Shown: piece by piece, positions 17,326 to 27,594 of the stretch
Position numbering within the stretch: the first letter of the stretch is position 1
Layout of the letters: each line of letters opens with the position of its first letter
DNA from: an uncultured delta proteobacterium
GTDB taxonomy: Bacteria; Myxococcota_A; Polyangia; Polyangiales; Polyangiaceae
Assembly: GCA_963716725.1 (NCBI GenBank)
Contig: CAVQUB010000002.1
Span: 418,601-482,600 of the forward strand
Length of the DNA stretch: 64,000 nucleotides
Direction of reading: 5' to 3'
Position numbers and translations under genes: made by a program
The notes under the pieces: generated by a model
Databases searched by the model: none
What the model was told of the DNA's origin: nothing
Seen by the model: the letters and a program-made list of their open reading frames with translations, nothing else

Positions 17326-18033
17326 TTACTGCGTCAAAAACCAATCAATGCTGCGCCGCACCTCGAGGTGCAGGTGGTCTTTGTGCCGACGGTCGTAGTG
17401 CGGGGTCAATATCAGGTTGAAGCTCCCGAGCGCGTCGATGGCACAGACAAACTCTCGCAATGCCCGCGCCTTGGCCTTGTGGGGCGTGGGCGCGGCCGCG
17501 CCACACGTCCGCGAGCCGATCCCGTGACCGTCGAAGTCACGGAGCACGTTGAGCGCTTCACCATCCTTCATCACGATCTCGACGATGTCGATGGCGACCC
17601 CCGCTGCGTGCCGCCACCCGCGGCGTTGGACCCAGCGCCCGCGGTGAATGCTGTTGAAGCGGACACGCGCGACTCCGCGATCCGCCGCCACCACGGACAG
17701 GTCGTCGAGCGCGAGCAAGAGGCGGCAGTCCATCACCGGCCCCTCTCTCGGGTGTCGCGCGCTCGGGTGGTGCATCTCGAAGACCACTCCGCGCAGCGGT
17801 CCGGTGCTGCGCACCGGGGTGTCGATGGTCGGGACCTTGGGGCCCCGCGCGAACGGCACCTCGCGCAACGCGAGCTCCGCCAGGCACTGCTCGGAGTCCT
17901 CTGCGTGATAGCGGAGCGCGCGAAGGCGCTCGGGGCGCTCGGGAAACACCACCAAGGGATTGCCGGCATGGCTCTTTGCCGGCGCACCGAGCGACACCAA
18001 GGCGAGCAGGGAGATGATCGGCAGGAAACGCAT
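17326..18033 (-). CDS. Secreted extensin-like (M15/LAS-fold) protein
   Basis: Signal peptide; MDCRLLLAL; H-x6-D (HAAGVAID) and LTPHYDRRHKDHLH. Confidence 0.8.
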   Translation of the reverse strand: MRFLPIISLLALVSLGAPAKSHAGNPLVVFPERPERLRALRYHAEDSEQCLAELALREVPFARGPKVPTIDTPVRSTGPLRGVVFEMHHPSARHPREGPVMDCRLLLALDDLSVVAADRGVARVRFNSIHRGRWVQRRGWRHAAGVAIDIVEIVMKDGEALNVLRDFDGHGIGSRTCGAAAPTPHKAKARALREFVCAIDALGSFNLILTPHYDRRHKDHLHLEVRRSIDWFLTQ

Positions 18034-18113
18034 CCGGGCCGGCGAGCCTCCCGCGAGTCTCCGGGGATTTCGAGGGAAAACTGGCGGCGGCGCCGCGGCG
18101 TGCGAAAATTACG

Positions 18114-19900
18114 ATGACCTTCGTGTCGTTAGAGCGTCGATCCAGTCCGCGTGATCCGAGCGCGACTCGCGTCCTGCGCGGCGTGAGGGGCCGGCGTCGG
18201 AGGCCGTTGAACCAGGTCGCTTGGCGCGTGCTCGGAGCCTGCGTGACCCTCAGCGGCTGCCGGTTCGTGGATGAGTCGCCTCGGCCAGCGTTGAGCCGCG
18301 GGTTGACGGAGCCGGCCGCGGCCTTGGCCGAACAGGTCCGGGTGACTCGTGGGGCGGCACCCGCTCGTTCCGGACCGAACCCGCCGTCGGAGGGCGATGC
18401 AACGGCGAGTTGCCGAGCAGAGTGGGCGCGCCTCGCGAAGCTGCCCGCGCTGCCCGGGACCCCCAAGCTCGATGGGCAGAGAGCCGAGACGCTGGCGCGC
18501 GCCAAGGGCGAGCCGGTCCTCTTCGTGCGACCGCCGGAGTGGCCGCCTTCCAAGAGCGCCATCGTACGCGGCTACCGCAAGGCCCTGGCCGAGTCCCGTT
18601 TCCCCTGGGACACGCTGCGTCAGTTCCGCGATCGCTTCCGCTCCGCTCCAAAGATTGGCCGCGAGGTCCTCTTGCGCGACGGCTATCTCTACGCGGACTC
18701 GGCGGATCTCGCGTGGTCGCTCTGGGATTCCGTGCGACTCGAGCACCTCTTCGACGAACCCTCGCTCACGCTCGAACGCGGCAGCACCCGCCTCTCGGTG
18801 GTACGCGACCCCACGCGCGGCTACGTCTACGCGGACGGCCCCGACACCGGCAAGGCAGCTCGGTTGCTGTTGTTCGATCGCGTGACCCTGAGCTCGGAGC
18901 CCGAGCGGGCGCCGCTGCACCGCGATACGCGGAGCCTTGCGCACGAACTTGGCTTCGATCGCATGACGGTCGAGCGAATCACGGACCAGGGGCTCCTCGT
19001 CCGGCTGCGCTACGGTGACACTTGGCTCGGGGCAGTGCTCGGCTCCGAGGGAGCCCGCTTGCGGCAGCGCTGCGAGATCGTCGAGGACGCAGCGCGAGCG
19101 AGCCTGGCTGTCGCGCGCGGCAAGGCCGATTCGCGCAGGCGGGTGCTCACGGCGCTGCGGCAGGCGATGCTGGCAGCCGTCGAGGAAGAACTGCCCTTCG
19201 ACGAGCCCAAGACCGAGTGGGGACAACAGGACGGACACCTCCGCGATCACTGGCTGTCTGCCTACGAAAAGGGCGAAACCCACTACGCTTTCCAGGGCGA
19301 TCTCTACCCGGTCTTTCGCCCGGACGGTCGCGTGGCGCCGCCCGAAGTGTGCATCGACTTCGTCACCGAGACCCTGGAGCGCGCCAGCGGCACCTGGTGG
19401 CGCGGCCGCGGAGAGCCACCAGGGCGGGATCAGGGCGGCATCGACTTCGACGCCGCGATCGGCAAGAGCCGGCGACAGGTCACCCGCTTCCTCAGCTACG
19501 CCAAGCAGCACCCCGAAGAGTTCGAGCACCAGCTCTTGTCGAGGCGGGAGCGCATCCCCTACCTGTTCAAGCGCGAGTTCTACCGACACCTGGCCAAGGA
19601 GGCCGATCGCTACTCCCCCGGCACCATCGTGATCATCCGCGGCTACGCGCCGTGGGATCACTTCAACGTGCCCCACTTCCACGCCTTCTTCGTCTACGAA
19701 GCCGATCCCCTCACGGGCGTGCCGATGCTGCTCGCCGGCAACGCGGGTCGCCCGCGCATCCAGAGTTGGGAGGCGTGATGAGCCGAGCGCCCCAGCGCAG
19801 CATCGAGTACCGCATCGTGCCCAAGCTCGACTGGCTCGCTCGCGCAGTGCCCGACGGCGGCAGGGCCGAGGCCGCGCCCTCCCTGGTCGAGGCGTTCTGA
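18114..19900 (+). CDS. Lipoprotein with C-terminal NlpC/P60-superfamily (DUF1287-like) domain; frameshift near 19772
   Basis: Lipobox VTLSGC; EVCIDFV, YSPGTIV, HAFFV, PMLLAGNAG. Frame ends SWEA* at 19778 and another frame continues VMSRAPQRSI... to 19900; one missing G in gaggcgtg would join them. Confidence 0.65.
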
Positions 19901-19904
19901 CGCC

Positions 19905-20733
19905 TCACCTTCCGCCGTACTGTGCCGTGGCAAACTCGACGATGCGGTCGACGATGATTCGGCCGTCGCGCACGAACAAGTCGTTGTGGTTGCCTCCGCT
20001 CACCTCGTACAGCGTCGCAGTAGGAAAGGCCTGCTGCAGCCGCTGCCCCATCGAGAGGGGGATGATCTCATCCTCGGTGCCGTGCACGATCAGCACGGGC
20101 AGCGACAGCCCAGTCGCCTTCTTCGCGTTGTCGAACTTGTCCTTCACCAGCCAGCGCGCGGGCAGAGATCGGCAGTGTTTTCGCCGCCATGTCTGGGACA
20201 CTCGTGAAGGGGGAAATGAGGACTAGCCGCGCTCCGTGGCCGCGCTTGGCCATCTCCACCGCGACCCCGCTGCCGAGCGACTGACCTTGGAGGACGACCT
20301 CCGCGGTGGGCACACCGAGTCCGTTGTGCAGGTGCCATAGCGCCGCCTCGGCGTCGGCGTAGAGCGCCTCCTCGCTGGGCGCGTAGTCCTTGGCCAGGCC
20401 GTAGCCGGGGTACTCGACCGCAAAGAACCCGAGCCCGGCCCGCCGAAACGACCACGCCAGGGGCGTGAGTTGGCCGAGCTCCTCGGCGTTGCCGTGAAAG
20501 TGCACGATCGTGACCGACCCCTGCTTCTTTGGCGGGACATGCAGCGCATAGACGGTTCGCCCGCTGGGTGCGGTGACCTTGGTGAGCGTCGCGCCCTCCA
20601 TGCGCGGCTCTTCGCCGAGCTTCGACGCCGGGAAGAGCAGGCGCCGCTGGCCAAGCCAGGCCGTGAGGCAGAGGGCGGCATAGGCCAACGCCACGACCCC
20701 GACCACACCCAGCACTCGTTTCGCCGCCCTCAA
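19905..20733 (-). CDS. Alpha/beta hydrolase (ABHD13/Bem46-like); frameshift near 20167
   Basis: QRRLLFP, HFHGNAE, EYPGYG, GQSLG nucleophile and SPFTS in one frame; LPARWLVKDKFDN, VHGTEDEIIP and GGNHND in the adjacent frame. Confidence 0.88.
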
Positions 20734-20751
20734 GTTGCCCGCGGTCCCAGC

Positions 20752-21072
20752 TTAGACCGGAAAGCCCGCGACGCGACGATACGCGAGGCACTGGGGCTCG
20801 CCGGGCTGGAGCTGATGGCAGACGCTGCCGCGGATCGGGTAAATGGAGCAGTCCGAGGGGCGCCCGGGGAGCCCCAAGTACCGACACGAACCGTCCTCGC
20901 GGGCAGGAAACGCCGCCGCCACGCTGAAGTGGCCGGGCACCAGACCCGCGATGATGTCCTCGCGCCCCTCTCGCTTCCAGAGCACCAGGTCCTCGGGGCT
21001 GACTCCGACTCGACCGTCCCCTGCGTCACGGCAGCAGGCGCCGCATTCGCGACAATCGTACGCCGGAGTCAC
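20752..21072 (-). CDS. YkgJ-family cysteine-cluster (Zn/Fe-S) protein
   Basis: DCRECGACC...C.YL...CSIY.IR.SVC...C pattern; GTG start inferred. Confidence 0.85.
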   Translation of the reverse strand: MTPAYDCRECGACCRDAGDGRVGVSPEDLVLWKREGREDIIAGLVPGHFSVAAAFPAREDGSCRYLGLPGRPSDCSIYPIRGSVCHQLQPGEPQCLAYRRVAGFPV

Positions 21073-21149
21073 GACGCCGGTGTAGCACCTCCAACCACGA
21101 ATGCCGAAGGAGCCCGAATTTGGTACCCTGATCCACAGTGGAGGAAACC

Positions 21150-22211
21150 ATGGCGCGCGTACGTAGTTCGATAGCACCCCTGGCCCTGGCGTTCCTGGCA
21201 CTCTCCAGCTGCTCCGATGACGCGGCCGAGACGGCGGGGCCGAACATCGGCGGCGCTGGCGGTATCGTCGGCACCGGAGGGTCGAGCGCGGCCGGAGGCT
21301 CGAGCGCGGCCGGAGGCTCGAGCGCGAGCGGCGGCGGCGTCAACCTCGGCGGCGCCAGCTCCGACGGCGGCGGGGGCAGCGCCGGCGCTGGCTGCGAGAA
21401 GATCGATTTCCTGTTCATCGTCGACAACTCGGTGTCCATGCAGGATCAGCAGAAGCAACTGGTGGAGGCGTTTCCCAACTTCATCAAATCCATCGAGAGC
21501 ACCGTCAACGCCGGCAGCAACGTGCACGTATTGGTCACTGACACCGACGGATGGGGCCGATGCAACACTGCCAATCCGTGGACCGGGATGGATCCCAGCA
21601 GCACGACCTGCACCGGCTACGTCAAGCAGACCAAGTTCGAAGAGTGCGACCGCACCCTGGGTGCCGGCGTGGTCCACCCCGCCGGTCAGTACGCCAGCAA
21701 CAAGAAATGCGGATTCGCAGCGGGTCGCCGCTTCCTGCAGAAAGGCGACACCGACATTCCCGGCGCGTTCTCCTGTGCTGCTCAGGTCGGCACGGCGGGC
21801 CACCCCTCCGAACGACCGATGGACGCGCTCTTGGCCGCGCTGAAGCCTCAGATGAACGGGCCGGGAGGCTGCAACGACGGCTTCTTGCGCGACGATGCCC
21901 TGCTGGTGATCACCTTCATCAGCGACGACCCAAACTTCGAGGACCAGGGCAAGCCCCAGGATTGGTACAACGCAGTGGTCGCCGCCAAGAAGGGCGACCC
22001 CAACGCCGCGGTGGTGGTCGGCTTCACGCCCGCGTTCGCCAGCTGTCCCGGCACCGCGACGCCGAAGGGCTCGCACTGGGCCGAGTTCGTGGCGAAGTTC
22101 CCCTTCAACCTCCACGCCTCAGTCTGCGACGGCGACTACTCCACGACCTTCGCCAAGGCCGTCCAAGTCATTGACGAAGGCTGCGATGGGTACGTGCCAC
22201 CGGTGAAGTGA
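21150..22211 (+). CDS. vWA-domain lipoprotein, Cys-rich
   Basis: GGAGG RBS at about 21140; lipobox LSSC; Gly/Ser linker; MIDAS-like IDFLFIVDNSVSM; FLRDDALLVITFISD. Confidence 0.85.
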   Translation: MARVRSSIAPLALAFLALSSCSDDAAETAGPNIGGAGGIVGTGGSSAAGGSSAAGGSSASGGGVNLGGASSDGGGGSAGAGCEKIDFLFIVDNSVSMQDQQKQLVEAFPNFIKSIESTVNAGSNVHVLVTDTDGWGRCNTANPWTGMDPSSTTCTGYVKQTKFEECDRTLGAGVVHPAGQYASNKKCGFAAGRRFLQKGDTDIPGAFSCAAQVGTAGHPSERPMDALLAALKPQMNGPGGCNDGFLRDDALLVITFISDDPNFEDQGKPQDWYNAVVAAKKGDPNAAVVVGFTPAFASCPGTATPKGSHWAEFVAKFPFNLHASVCDGDYSTTFAKAVQVIDEGCDGYVPPVK

Positions 22212-22250
22212 CGCGAGCCCCGCGGCCCAGCTGCCCGCCCTGTAGACGAG

Positions 22251-22445
22251 TTGAGCGTCGGCCGGAGCGGCGGGGCCGGAGCGGCGGAGGCGAGCGCCGC
22301 GACCCCTTTCCCGCGGTACGATCAAGGTTTCGACTGCGCGTTCCGCCGGCCCGTCGACCGCGCAGGCTCGAAGTGGCTCGGCGTCGCCGCCTTCGCGCTG
22401 GTCGGGCGTCGCCGGCAAGCCTTGCGCGGCGGCCTGCAGAAGTGA
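22251..22445 (+). pseudogene. Orphan MYXO-CTERM-like C-terminal tail
   Basis: Gly/Ala linker then GFDCAF...KWLGVAAFALVGRRR; in frame with the upstream vWA gene. Confidence 0.4.
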
Positions 22446-22487
22446 TTCGGGCTCGCTTTCTGCCCCGAGATCGTGGCACCTGAAAGC

Positions 22488-23960
22488 ATGTTCGAGACGG
22501 CAGAGCTCGGCCGAAAGCTGGGCAAGAAGGAATATCAGACCCGGATCGAGGCGGCTCGCATCGAGCTCTTGAACCTGCAACACGCGATGCTGGCGAAGGG
22601 CGCGCCGGCAGCGCTGATCCTCATCGGCGGCGTCGAGGGCGCGGGCAAGGGCGAGGTCTTGAACCGCCTCTTCGAGTGGATGGACGCGCGCTACCTGCGC
22701 ACGCAGGCGTTTGGTCCGCCGAGCGAGGACGAGGCGGCGCGCCCTCGGTACTGGCGCTACTGGATGAGTCTGCCCCAGCGCGGTCAGATCGGGGTCTTTC
22801 TCGGCTCGTGGTACACCGAACCGATCGTGTCTCGTGTGATTGGCTCGACCACGGACGCCGAGCTCGATCGCAGCCTGACACGAGCCGTCGATTTCGAGGA
22901 CGCCCTCGCCGCCGACGGCATGCTGATCGTGAAGCTCTGGCTGCACGTCAGCAAGAAGGACCAGGCAAGGCGGTTTCGAGCCCTCGAGTCCAAGGCCGAG
23001 ACGCGGTTCCGCGTGACGAAGCGCGACTGGGAGTTCTCGAAGCACTACAACGAGTTCCGGAGCACCTGCGAACGGGCCCTCCGGAAGACGAGCACCGGCG
23101 TCGCCCCCTGGACGGTGATTGAAGCCGCCGACGCGAGGTACCGCGACGTCGCGGTGGCCGAGCACCTCGTCGAGCGCCTGCGCGCCGCGGTGGCGAACTT
23201 GGTGCCGCGCCCCGCCACGAGCGCACCGCCGGTCCGCAGCGACGACCCCACGACGCTGCTCGACACTCTCGATCTGACGCGCGAGGTGTCGAACGAGGAC
23301 TATCAGAAGACGCTCCCGGAGCTGCAGGCTCGGCTCGGCAAGCTGTGTCGGCGGCTGCCCAAGAAGGGACGCTCGCTCACCGTCGTGTTCGAAGGCTGGG
23401 ATGCCGCCGGCAAAGGCGGGTCCATTCGCCGCATCATCTGGGCGCTGGACGCCCGACAATACCGCGTCATTCCCATCGCCGCGCCGACGGACGAAGAGCG
23501 CGCGCACCACTACCTCTGGAGGTTCTGGCGGCACCTGCCCAAGCGGGGACAGGTCACTCTCTACGATCGGAGCTGGTACGGGCGCGTGCTGGTCGAGCGG
23601 GTCGAAGGTTTCGCCCGCGAACACGACTGGCGCCAGGCCTACAAGGAGATCAATGACTTCGAGGAACAACTGGTCGAGGACCGCGTCACCCTGGTCAAGC
23701 TGTGGCTCCACGTCAGCCCAGAAGAGCAGCTGAAACGTTTTGAGGAACGCAAACACCTGGCCCACAAACAGCACAAGCTGACCGAGGAAGACTTCCGCAA
23801 CCGCGAGAAGCGCTTCTCTTACGAGCAAGCGGCGCACGAGATGTTCGAACGTACCAGCACCGAGTACGCGCCCTGGAACCTGGTGGCCGCCGACGACAAA
23901 CGCCAGGCTCGACTCGACGTCCTGCGAGCCGTGATCGCCGGCCTGGAGCGCGAACTCTGA
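22488..23960 (+). CDS. pap: Two-domain PPK2-family polyphosphate:AMP phosphotransferase
   Basis: MFETAELG start; two PPK2 units (GVEGAGKG...SWY; EGWDAAGKGG...DRSWYGRVLVERVEG; KLWLHVS). Confidence 0.93.
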   Translation: MFETAELGRKLGKKEYQTRIEAARIELLNLQHAMLAKGAPAALILIGGVEGAGKGEVLNRLFEWMDARYLRTQAFGPPSEDEAARPRYWRYWMSLPQRGQIGVFLGSWYTEPIVSRVIGSTTDAELDRSLTRAVDFEDALAADGMLIVKLWLHVSKKDQARRFRALESKAETRFRVTKRDWEFSKHYNEFRSTCERALRKTSTGVAPWTVIEAADARYRDVAVAEHLVERLRAAVANLVPRPATSAPPVRSDDPTTLLDTLDLTREVSNEDYQKTLPELQARLGKLCRRLPKKGRSLTVVFEGWDAAGKGGSIRRIIWALDARQYRVIPIAAPTDEERAHHYLWRFWRHLPKRGQVTLYDRSWYGRVLVERVEGFAREHDWRQAYKEINDFEEQLVEDRVTLVKLWLHVSPEEQLKRFEERKHLAHKQHKLTEEDFRNREKRFSYEQAAHEMFERTSTEYAPWNLVAADDKRQARLDVLRAVIAGLEREL

Positions 23961-23967
23961 CCCTGAG

Positions 23968-24504
23968 CTAGCGCCGGAGGCTGGGCTCGGGCTCGTCCGC
24001 TTCGAGCGTGCCCGGCTGCCCGCCCGAGAACAGGCCGCGGATCTTCTCCTCGATGCTCTCCGGGGAGTCGTTCGGCGCGTAGCGATCGAGGACCCGACCG
24101 GCGCGGTCCACCAGGAATTTGGTGAAGTTCCACTTGATGGACTCGCTGCCAAGAACGCCGGTGGCTTCTCGCTTTAGATGTACGAAGAGCGGGTGGGCGT
24201 CCTTGCCGTTGACCTGCACCTTTGCAAAAAGCGGAAAGGTGACGTCGAAGCGCGTCGAGCAGAAAGCGCGGATCTCTTCCTCGTCGCCCGGTTCTTGATG
24301 TCCGAACTGGTCACAGGGAAAGGCGAGCACCACCAGGCCGCGGTCCTTCCAACGCCGATACATGCCCTCGAGGCCACGGTACTGGGGGGTGAACCCGCAT
24401 TTGGAGGCGACGTTCACGATGAGCAAGGTCTTGCCCGAATAGGACTCGAGGCTCTGTTCCGAGCCGTCGATGCCCTTCACCCTGATTTCGTAGATGCTCG
24501 TCAC
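23968..24504 (-). CDS. Glutathione peroxidase family protein
   Basis: VNVASKCGFTPQY, FPCDQFGHQEPG, IKWNFTKFLVD; active-site Cys (TGC), not Sec; GTG start. Confidence 0.95.
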   Translation of the reverse strand: MTSIYEIRVKGIDGSEQSLESYSGKTLLIVNVASKCGFTPQYRGLEGMYRRWKDRGLVVLAFPCDQFGHQEPGDEEEIRAFCSTRFDVTFPLFAKVQVNGKDAHPLFVHLKREATGVLGSESIKWNFTKFLVDRAGRVLDRYAPNDSPESIEEKIRGLFSGGQPGTLEADEPEPSLRR

Positions 24505-24602
24505 TGGACCTCGCTCCTGGGGATCTGAGGCCAAAGGCCCTCGGGCGCAATGCCCGGGCTCGCTACCCGCGACATTCGCGCCCCGAATCGAGACGACCCC
24601 GC

Positions 24603-26021
24603 TCAGTTCGGTCCGCCGGATTTGCACAGGGCCAGGATCTCGATCCCAGCGGAGTTGTCCCCTTGGACCTTGCCGCAGGCCTGGGAGCACAAGACCAGCT
24701 TGTCGCCGCCCGCGTCGCCGCCGCCATCGGGTCCGAACTCGATGTAGAAGGCGTTCGGCTTGCACTGCGTCACGTCGGCGACCTGCTCGAAGATCTCCTT
24801 CGAACCGCCCGCCGATGGCGAGTACTGGATCTGGATCGTCTTGGGATCGAGCTCCTTGCCGACCGGCGGCGCGGGCATGGGGAAATCGCACTGGATCTTC
24901 GCGCCCTGGATCACGCCCTCGGCGATCTTCTTGAACACCACGTCGAAGCCTGCGCCTTCACAGACCGGATAGCGGAGCCCGCCGGTCAGCATGCTGAGCG
25001 CCTGGGTGCCCGGGCCCGAGTTCACCGCGGTCGAGCACTTGCTCGAAGAGGGCACAATGGGATCGGTGGGCTGATACTCACCGGTGGCGCTCTTGCTGTT
25101 CTTGATGACGCCGCTCAAGCTGTGCCAGACGTAGGTGCGGTTCTGGGCCGTGCCGAACTGCACCGGATCGAGCGCGAGGAAGTCGGCGTCGAAGTTCTTT
25201 GCCGCCTGGACCGCCAAAGCGTCAGAGGTGTCGTCGTAGCACTTCGAGGCGTTTGTCGTGCACGACGAGTACATGCTCGTGGTGGTCTGAGGCCAGTAGC
25301 AATCCATGCGATCGTCGGACACCAGCACGAAGGTCTTGAGCGCCTCCTTGCGCAGCCACTCGGACCAACCGTTCGGCGCGAGGTTGTAACGATCGGGCTT
25401 CTTGTACCAGTCGATCATCTTGCACCAGGCGTCCCAGCTCTCAACGTCGTCGTGGTCGTAGTGATAGAACACCGGCGGGTTGTTGCTGGGAGCGGTGTTG
25501 ATGCCAACGTTCGTGCAGGGCTTGCCTCCCAGCGGCGGCCCGATGCAGATCGAAGACTCGTAAGTCGAAGGCGTGTTGTACCCGCCATGCTCGCCGATCA
25601 TGATGACGCGGTAGTCGATGCCGCTCGAGGCGATGATCTGGGCGAAGTTGACGTTGATGTTATCCTGGATGCCCTTCATCTCTTCGGCCATCGAGCACGA
25701 GTTGTCGACGACGAAGATGACATCCACGGGCGCCTTGGTGACCGTGGCTTGATACTTCTGAAGGTCGCAGGCCGCGTCGGGTGGAATCGCCCCGTCGCCG
25801 CCGCTGTCGATCACGATGCCGCCACCGGAGCCGCCCGCGTCCGCGCCGCCCGCGCCGACACCGCCGACGCCGCCGACGCCGCCGACGCCGCCCGATGCGC
25901 CGCTGCCGGCGCTGCCGCCGCTGCCTGCACCGCTATCGCTCGCGCTGCACGCGCTCGAGAGCGCGCCGCCAACAATCAGGCCCATTGCTGCGTATCCGGC
26001 GTAGCGAAGCGGTGAGTTCAT
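24603..26021 (-). CDS. vWA-domain lipoprotein, tandem paralogue 1
   Basis: Lipobox LSSAC; Gly linker; VDVIFVVDNSCSM; Cys-rich C-terminal domain. Confidence 0.85.
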   Translation of the reverse strand: MNSPLRYAGYAAMGLIVGGALSSACSASDSGAGSGGSAGSGASGGVGGVGGVGGVGAGGADAGGSGGGIVIDSGGDGAIPPDAACDLQKYQATVTKAPVDVIFVVDNSCSMAEEMKGIQDNINVNFAQIIASSGIDYRVIMIGEHGGYNTPSTYESSICIGPPLGGKPCTNVGINTAPSNNPPVFYHYDHDDVESWDAWCKMIDWYKKPDRYNLAPNGWSEWLRKEALKTFVLVSDDRMDCYWPQTTTSMYSSCTTNASKCYDDTSDALAVQAAKNFDADFLALDPVQFGTAQNRTYVWHSLSGVIKNSKSATGEYQPTDPIVPSSSKCSTAVNSGPGTQALSMLTGGLRYPVCEGAGFDVVFKKIAEGVIQGAKIQCDFPMPAPPVGKELDPKTIQIQYSPSAGGSKEIFEQVADVTQCKPNAFYIEFGPDGGGDAGGDKLVLCSQACGKVQGDNSAGIEILALCKSGGPN

Positions 26022-26101
26022 GATTCGGATCTCCATCAAGCAAGTCGACGCGCGCACGCCCCCCCCGGGCTCGGCCCCTCGGAAGCGCCGAGCGCCAGCC
26101 T

Positions 26102-26117
26102 AGCACAGCTCGTGCCC
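26102..26117 (-). promoter_or_regulatory. Putative sigma54 (-24/-12) promoter for vWA paralogue 1
   Basis: Minus strand GGGCACGAGCTGTGCT: GG-N10-GC with GGCACG core, about 80 bp upstream of ATG 26021. Confidence 0.5.
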
Positions 26118-26131
26118 CGCGCAGGGCTGGC

Positions 26132-27556
26132 TCAGTTCGGTCCGCCCGACTTGCACAAGGCCAGGATCTCGACCTTCGGGGAGGCGTCACCCTGGACCTT
26201 GCCGCAGGCCTGATCGCAGAGCACCAACTTGCCCATCGACGCGTCGCCGGCGTCGGAGCCGCCTTCGAGGTAGAAGGCGTTCGGCTTGCACTGCGTGACG
26301 TCGGCGACCTGCTCGAAGATCTCCTTCGAGCCGCCCACCGAGGGCGTGTACTGGATCTGAATCGTCTTCGGATCGAGCTCCTTGCCGGCGGGCGGCTCGG
26401 GCATCGGGAAGTCGCACTGGATCTTCGCGCCTTGAATCACGCCCTCGGCGATCTTCTTGAAGACGACGTCGAAGCCGGCGCCTTCGCAGACCGGATAGCG
26501 GAGCCCGCCCGTCAGCATGCTGAGCGCTTGGGTCGCAGGACCCGAGTCCACCGCGGAGGGGCACTTGTTGGTGTACGCCACGAGGGGGTCGGTCGGCTGG
26601 TACTCGCCCAGCGCGCTCGCGCTGTTCTTGATGACGCCGCTCAGGCTGTGCCAGATGTAGTTGCGCTTCTGCGCCGTTCCGAACTGCAGGGGGTCGAGGG
26701 CCAGCAGGTCGGCGTCGAAGAACTGCGCGGCCTGCGGGGCCATCGTCGCGTAGGTCGTGCTCGAACCGTCCGTGTAGCACTTCGATCCGTTGGTGCTGCA
26801 CGAGGGCGGGTAGGTCCCAGTGTAGGGCCACGAGCAGCTCATGCTGTCGTCGGTCACCATCACGAAGGTCTTCAGTGCTTCTTTGCGCAGCCACTCGGAC
26901 CAGCCCCCGGGCGCGAGGTTGTAACGATCGGGCTTCTTGTACCAGTCGAGCATCTTGCACCAGCCGTCGGTGCTCTCGATGTCGTCCCGGTCGTAGTGGT
27001 AGAAGACCGGCAGGTTGTTGGACGGCGCCGTGTTCGCCACCACACCGGTGCAAGGCTTCCCCCCCAGCGGCGGGCCGATGCAGAGGGATGCGTCGGTGGT
27101 GGGGCCATGCTCGGAGATCATGATCACGCGGTAGTCGATGCCGCTCGAGGCGATGATCTGGGCGAAGTTCAGGTTGATGTTGCTCTGGATGGCGGCCATC
27201 TCGCCGTTCATCGAGCACGAATTATCGAGCACGAAGATGACGTCCACCGGCCCTTTGCTGATGGTGGCCGTGTAGGTCTGCAAGTCGCAGGCGGCATCCG
27301 GTGGGATGGCGCCGTCGCCGCCGCTGTCGATGACGATGCCGCCACCCGTGCCGCCGCCGTCGAGCCCCCCGGCGGCCGAGCCACCGCCCATACTGCCACC
27401 GGCGCCGCCCGCACCCGAGGATCCACCGCTAGCGCTGCCACCGCCGCCTCCGCCGCTGCCCCCGCCGCTGTCGCTCGCGCTGCACGCGCTCGAGAGCGCG
27501 GCTCCGACGATCAGACCTGTGACTGCGTAGCCGGCGAAACGGAGAGGGTGGTTCAT
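26132..27556 (-). CDS. vWA-domain lipoprotein, tandem paralogue 2
   Basis: GAAAGGA RBS; lipobox LSSAC; VDVIFVLDNSCSM; long near-identical blocks with paralogue 1 and the same C-terminus EILALCKSGGPN. Confidence 0.85.
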   Translation of the reverse strand: MNHPLRFAGYAVTGLIVGAALSSACSASDSGGGSGGGGGGSASGGSSGAGGAGGSMGGGSAAGGLDGGGTGGGIVIDSGGDGAIPPDAACDLQTYTATISKGPVDVIFVLDNSCSMNGEMAAIQSNINLNFAQIIASSGIDYRVIMISEHGPTTDASLCIGPPLGGKPCTGVVANTAPSNNLPVFYHYDRDDIESTDGWCKMLDWYKKPDRYNLAPGGWSEWLRKEALKTFVMVTDDSMSCSWPYTGTYPPSCSTNGSKCYTDGSSTTYATMAPQAAQFFDADLLALDPLQFGTAQKRNYIWHSLSGVIKNSASALGEYQPTDPLVAYTNKCPSAVDSGPATQALSMLTGGLRYPVCEGAGFDVVFKKIAEGVIQGAKIQCDFPMPEPPAGKELDPKTIQIQYTPSVGGSKEIFEQVADVTQCKPNAFYLEGGSDAGDASMGKLVLCDQACGKVQGDASPKVEILALCKSGGPN

Positions 27557-27594
27557 GCTTGCAGATCCTTTCGAATTGCCACTGTCCGGGCCGA

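Larger units (their letters stand above)
24603..27556. repeat. Direct tandem gene duplication (about 1.4-kb units)
   Basis: For example 24744-24803 vs 26270-26329 differ at one of 60 nt; shared protein blocks FAQIIASSGIDYRVIMI and QALSMLTGGLRYPVCEGAGFDVVFKKIAEGVIQGAKIQCDFPMP. Confidence 0.9.

Noticed and set aside
21280..21330. Short tandem repeats (tcgagcgcggccggaggc; also gccgacgcc at about 25855-25892)
   Set aside because: They encode ordinary Gly/Ser linkers of lipoproteins.
22119..24152. 677-aa minus-strand ORF and similar long antisense ORFs (e.g. 40617..42677, 43618..45777, 38475..40214, 51256..53316)
   Set aside because: They overlap well-supported genes and have Arg/Ala/Gly-rich, motif-free translations typical of stop-poor frames in high-GC DNA.
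24380..24420. Selenocysteine in glutathione peroxidase
   Set aside because: The active-site codon is TGC (Cys); there is no in-frame TGA.
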